Assembly (NCBI GenBank): GCA_010405405.1
Contig: MU004242.1
Location: 791,769 to 855,768 of the forward strand
DNA from: Microthyrium microscopicum
Lineage: Eukaryota
Length of the DNA stretch: 64,000 nt
Direction of reading: 5' to 3'
Below, one piece after another: positions 62,956-64,000 of this stretch (positions within the stretch are counted from its first letter, which is position 1; every line of letters begins with the position of its first letter). The translations under genes were made by a program, and so were the position numbers. The notes beneath the pieces are model-generated. The model ran no database searches, was not told the DNA's origin, and saw only the letters and a list, made by a program, of their open reading frames with translations.

Positions 62956-63768
62956 ATGCGGTATCTGCTATTTCTCTTCTCCTATATCCATATCATTTCT
63001 CTATTGGGACTCGTTCAAACTCAACACTATTCAACGCAACCACCAATGACTGTATTCAACGAGCCATAGCCACCTCGGTCAAATAAGGCGCAAATGCCGA
63101 ATCTCTTATCGGGACTGGATCACCCTCTTGCAAGGTTAAACTCTTCCATGTCAGGCAGAAGTTACCACGCATACGAAGATGGGCCACGTTGGCAGCTATG
63201 AGGATGGTGCAAGGCTTAATGAAGTCAAGAAGCCTATCGAAGCTATCCAGTCTCGCCTCTGGTCTGGACTCAGTCCCATGACCGGTGAACAGTGGAAACA
63301 AAAGAACGGCGATGGCACCGTCAACCTTCAAATGGCTGCTGAGTACCTCCGAGCGTTGATCTCTGCTTTCTCGTACCTAAATTCTGACGTCGTCAACTGG
63401 AAGCTTCGCGATACCTACAATCCTATATTCAACGATTTGCTGGAAGTTGGGAATGCTCTGGCGGAGCACTGTGACGAGAAGCCGCTTTGTCGATTCCGTT
63501 ATCGATTCCGTGCAATATGGGCTTCCTGTGTTAGGACTTCTTTCAGATTGTGGCTATTCGAACGCACTCGTGGATCGTCAACCGAGCTCAAGAGCTTATA
63601 CGAATAACAATTGCAAACTTTGAAGCGACTCCTGTAACATCTTCCCAAGAATTTAAATTGGTGGCTGAACAGTTTGTGACCACGACATACTCAATCAGAG
63701 GAGCAATGATTCGTGCGGACCACACAATTTTCGTAGATGCGGAAGAAATCAAAGGCATGAAAAGGTAA
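62956..63768 (+). pseudogene. Disrupted secreted-protein gene with a helical domain resembling C-terminal domains of large fungal GH18 chitinases
   Basis: Signal peptide MRYLLFLFSYIHIISLLGLVQT, then in-frame TAG at 63067 and frame changes near 63170 and 63550. Pattern GS......I.....LW....P....W...A..LR..I.AF.YLN...V......N.I...L. Confidence 0.5.
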
Positions 63769-64000
63769 AACCCATTCAACCTCACTGTTAAAGAAAGGAG
63801 CAAAAAGCATCAAGAGCGAATACACAAGGCAGGTGTAAGTGATATACAGACGGAACTGCGAAAATTTATTCGGCCATCGAACGAGAACTTGATCACTGCA
63901 AAGAACCTAGGTACCTAGGTGGTCAGTTATCACCACAGAATTGTTGCTGCCCGAAATATATTCCAAAAAGAGATTCGAGGTGATCTCAAACGGCTAGGCG

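Overview
Gene-dense genomic DNA from a filamentous ascomycete (Pezizomycotina). Evidence: short GT..CTAAC..AG introns, a Zn2Cys6 factor, CFEM genes and a RIP-mutated transposon. All calls come from manual translation and motif recognition; no database searches were run. The window opens with the RIP-destroyed 3' end of a hAT transposon (1-1761), which stops about 70 bp before a HeLo-like/WD40 gene. Next come a CFEM membrane protein, a likely sulfonate-scavenging trio (Zn2Cys6 factor, Dal5-type MFS permease, TauD dioxygenase), and the core genes IST1 and AUR1. An accessory-looking stretch (about 21-46 kb) holds secreted hydrolases, small Cys-rich secreted proteins, a DHA1 transporter, an isochorismatase and a P450. 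The rest contains SRC1/HEH1, an unusual EEP-fold gene, a secreted Kelch protein, a SesB-like/ankyrin/CorA-like fusion, a tRNA-Gly(GCC) and several gene relics. The strongest novelty candidates are: (1) a TDP2-like EEP phosphodiesterase split by an ~790-aa insertion carrying a Ty3/gypsy-type integrase HHCC zinc finger; (2) a SesB-ANK-CorA fusion with both catalytic and selectivity motifs altered; (3) a HeLo-like-WD40 protein with no NOD domain.
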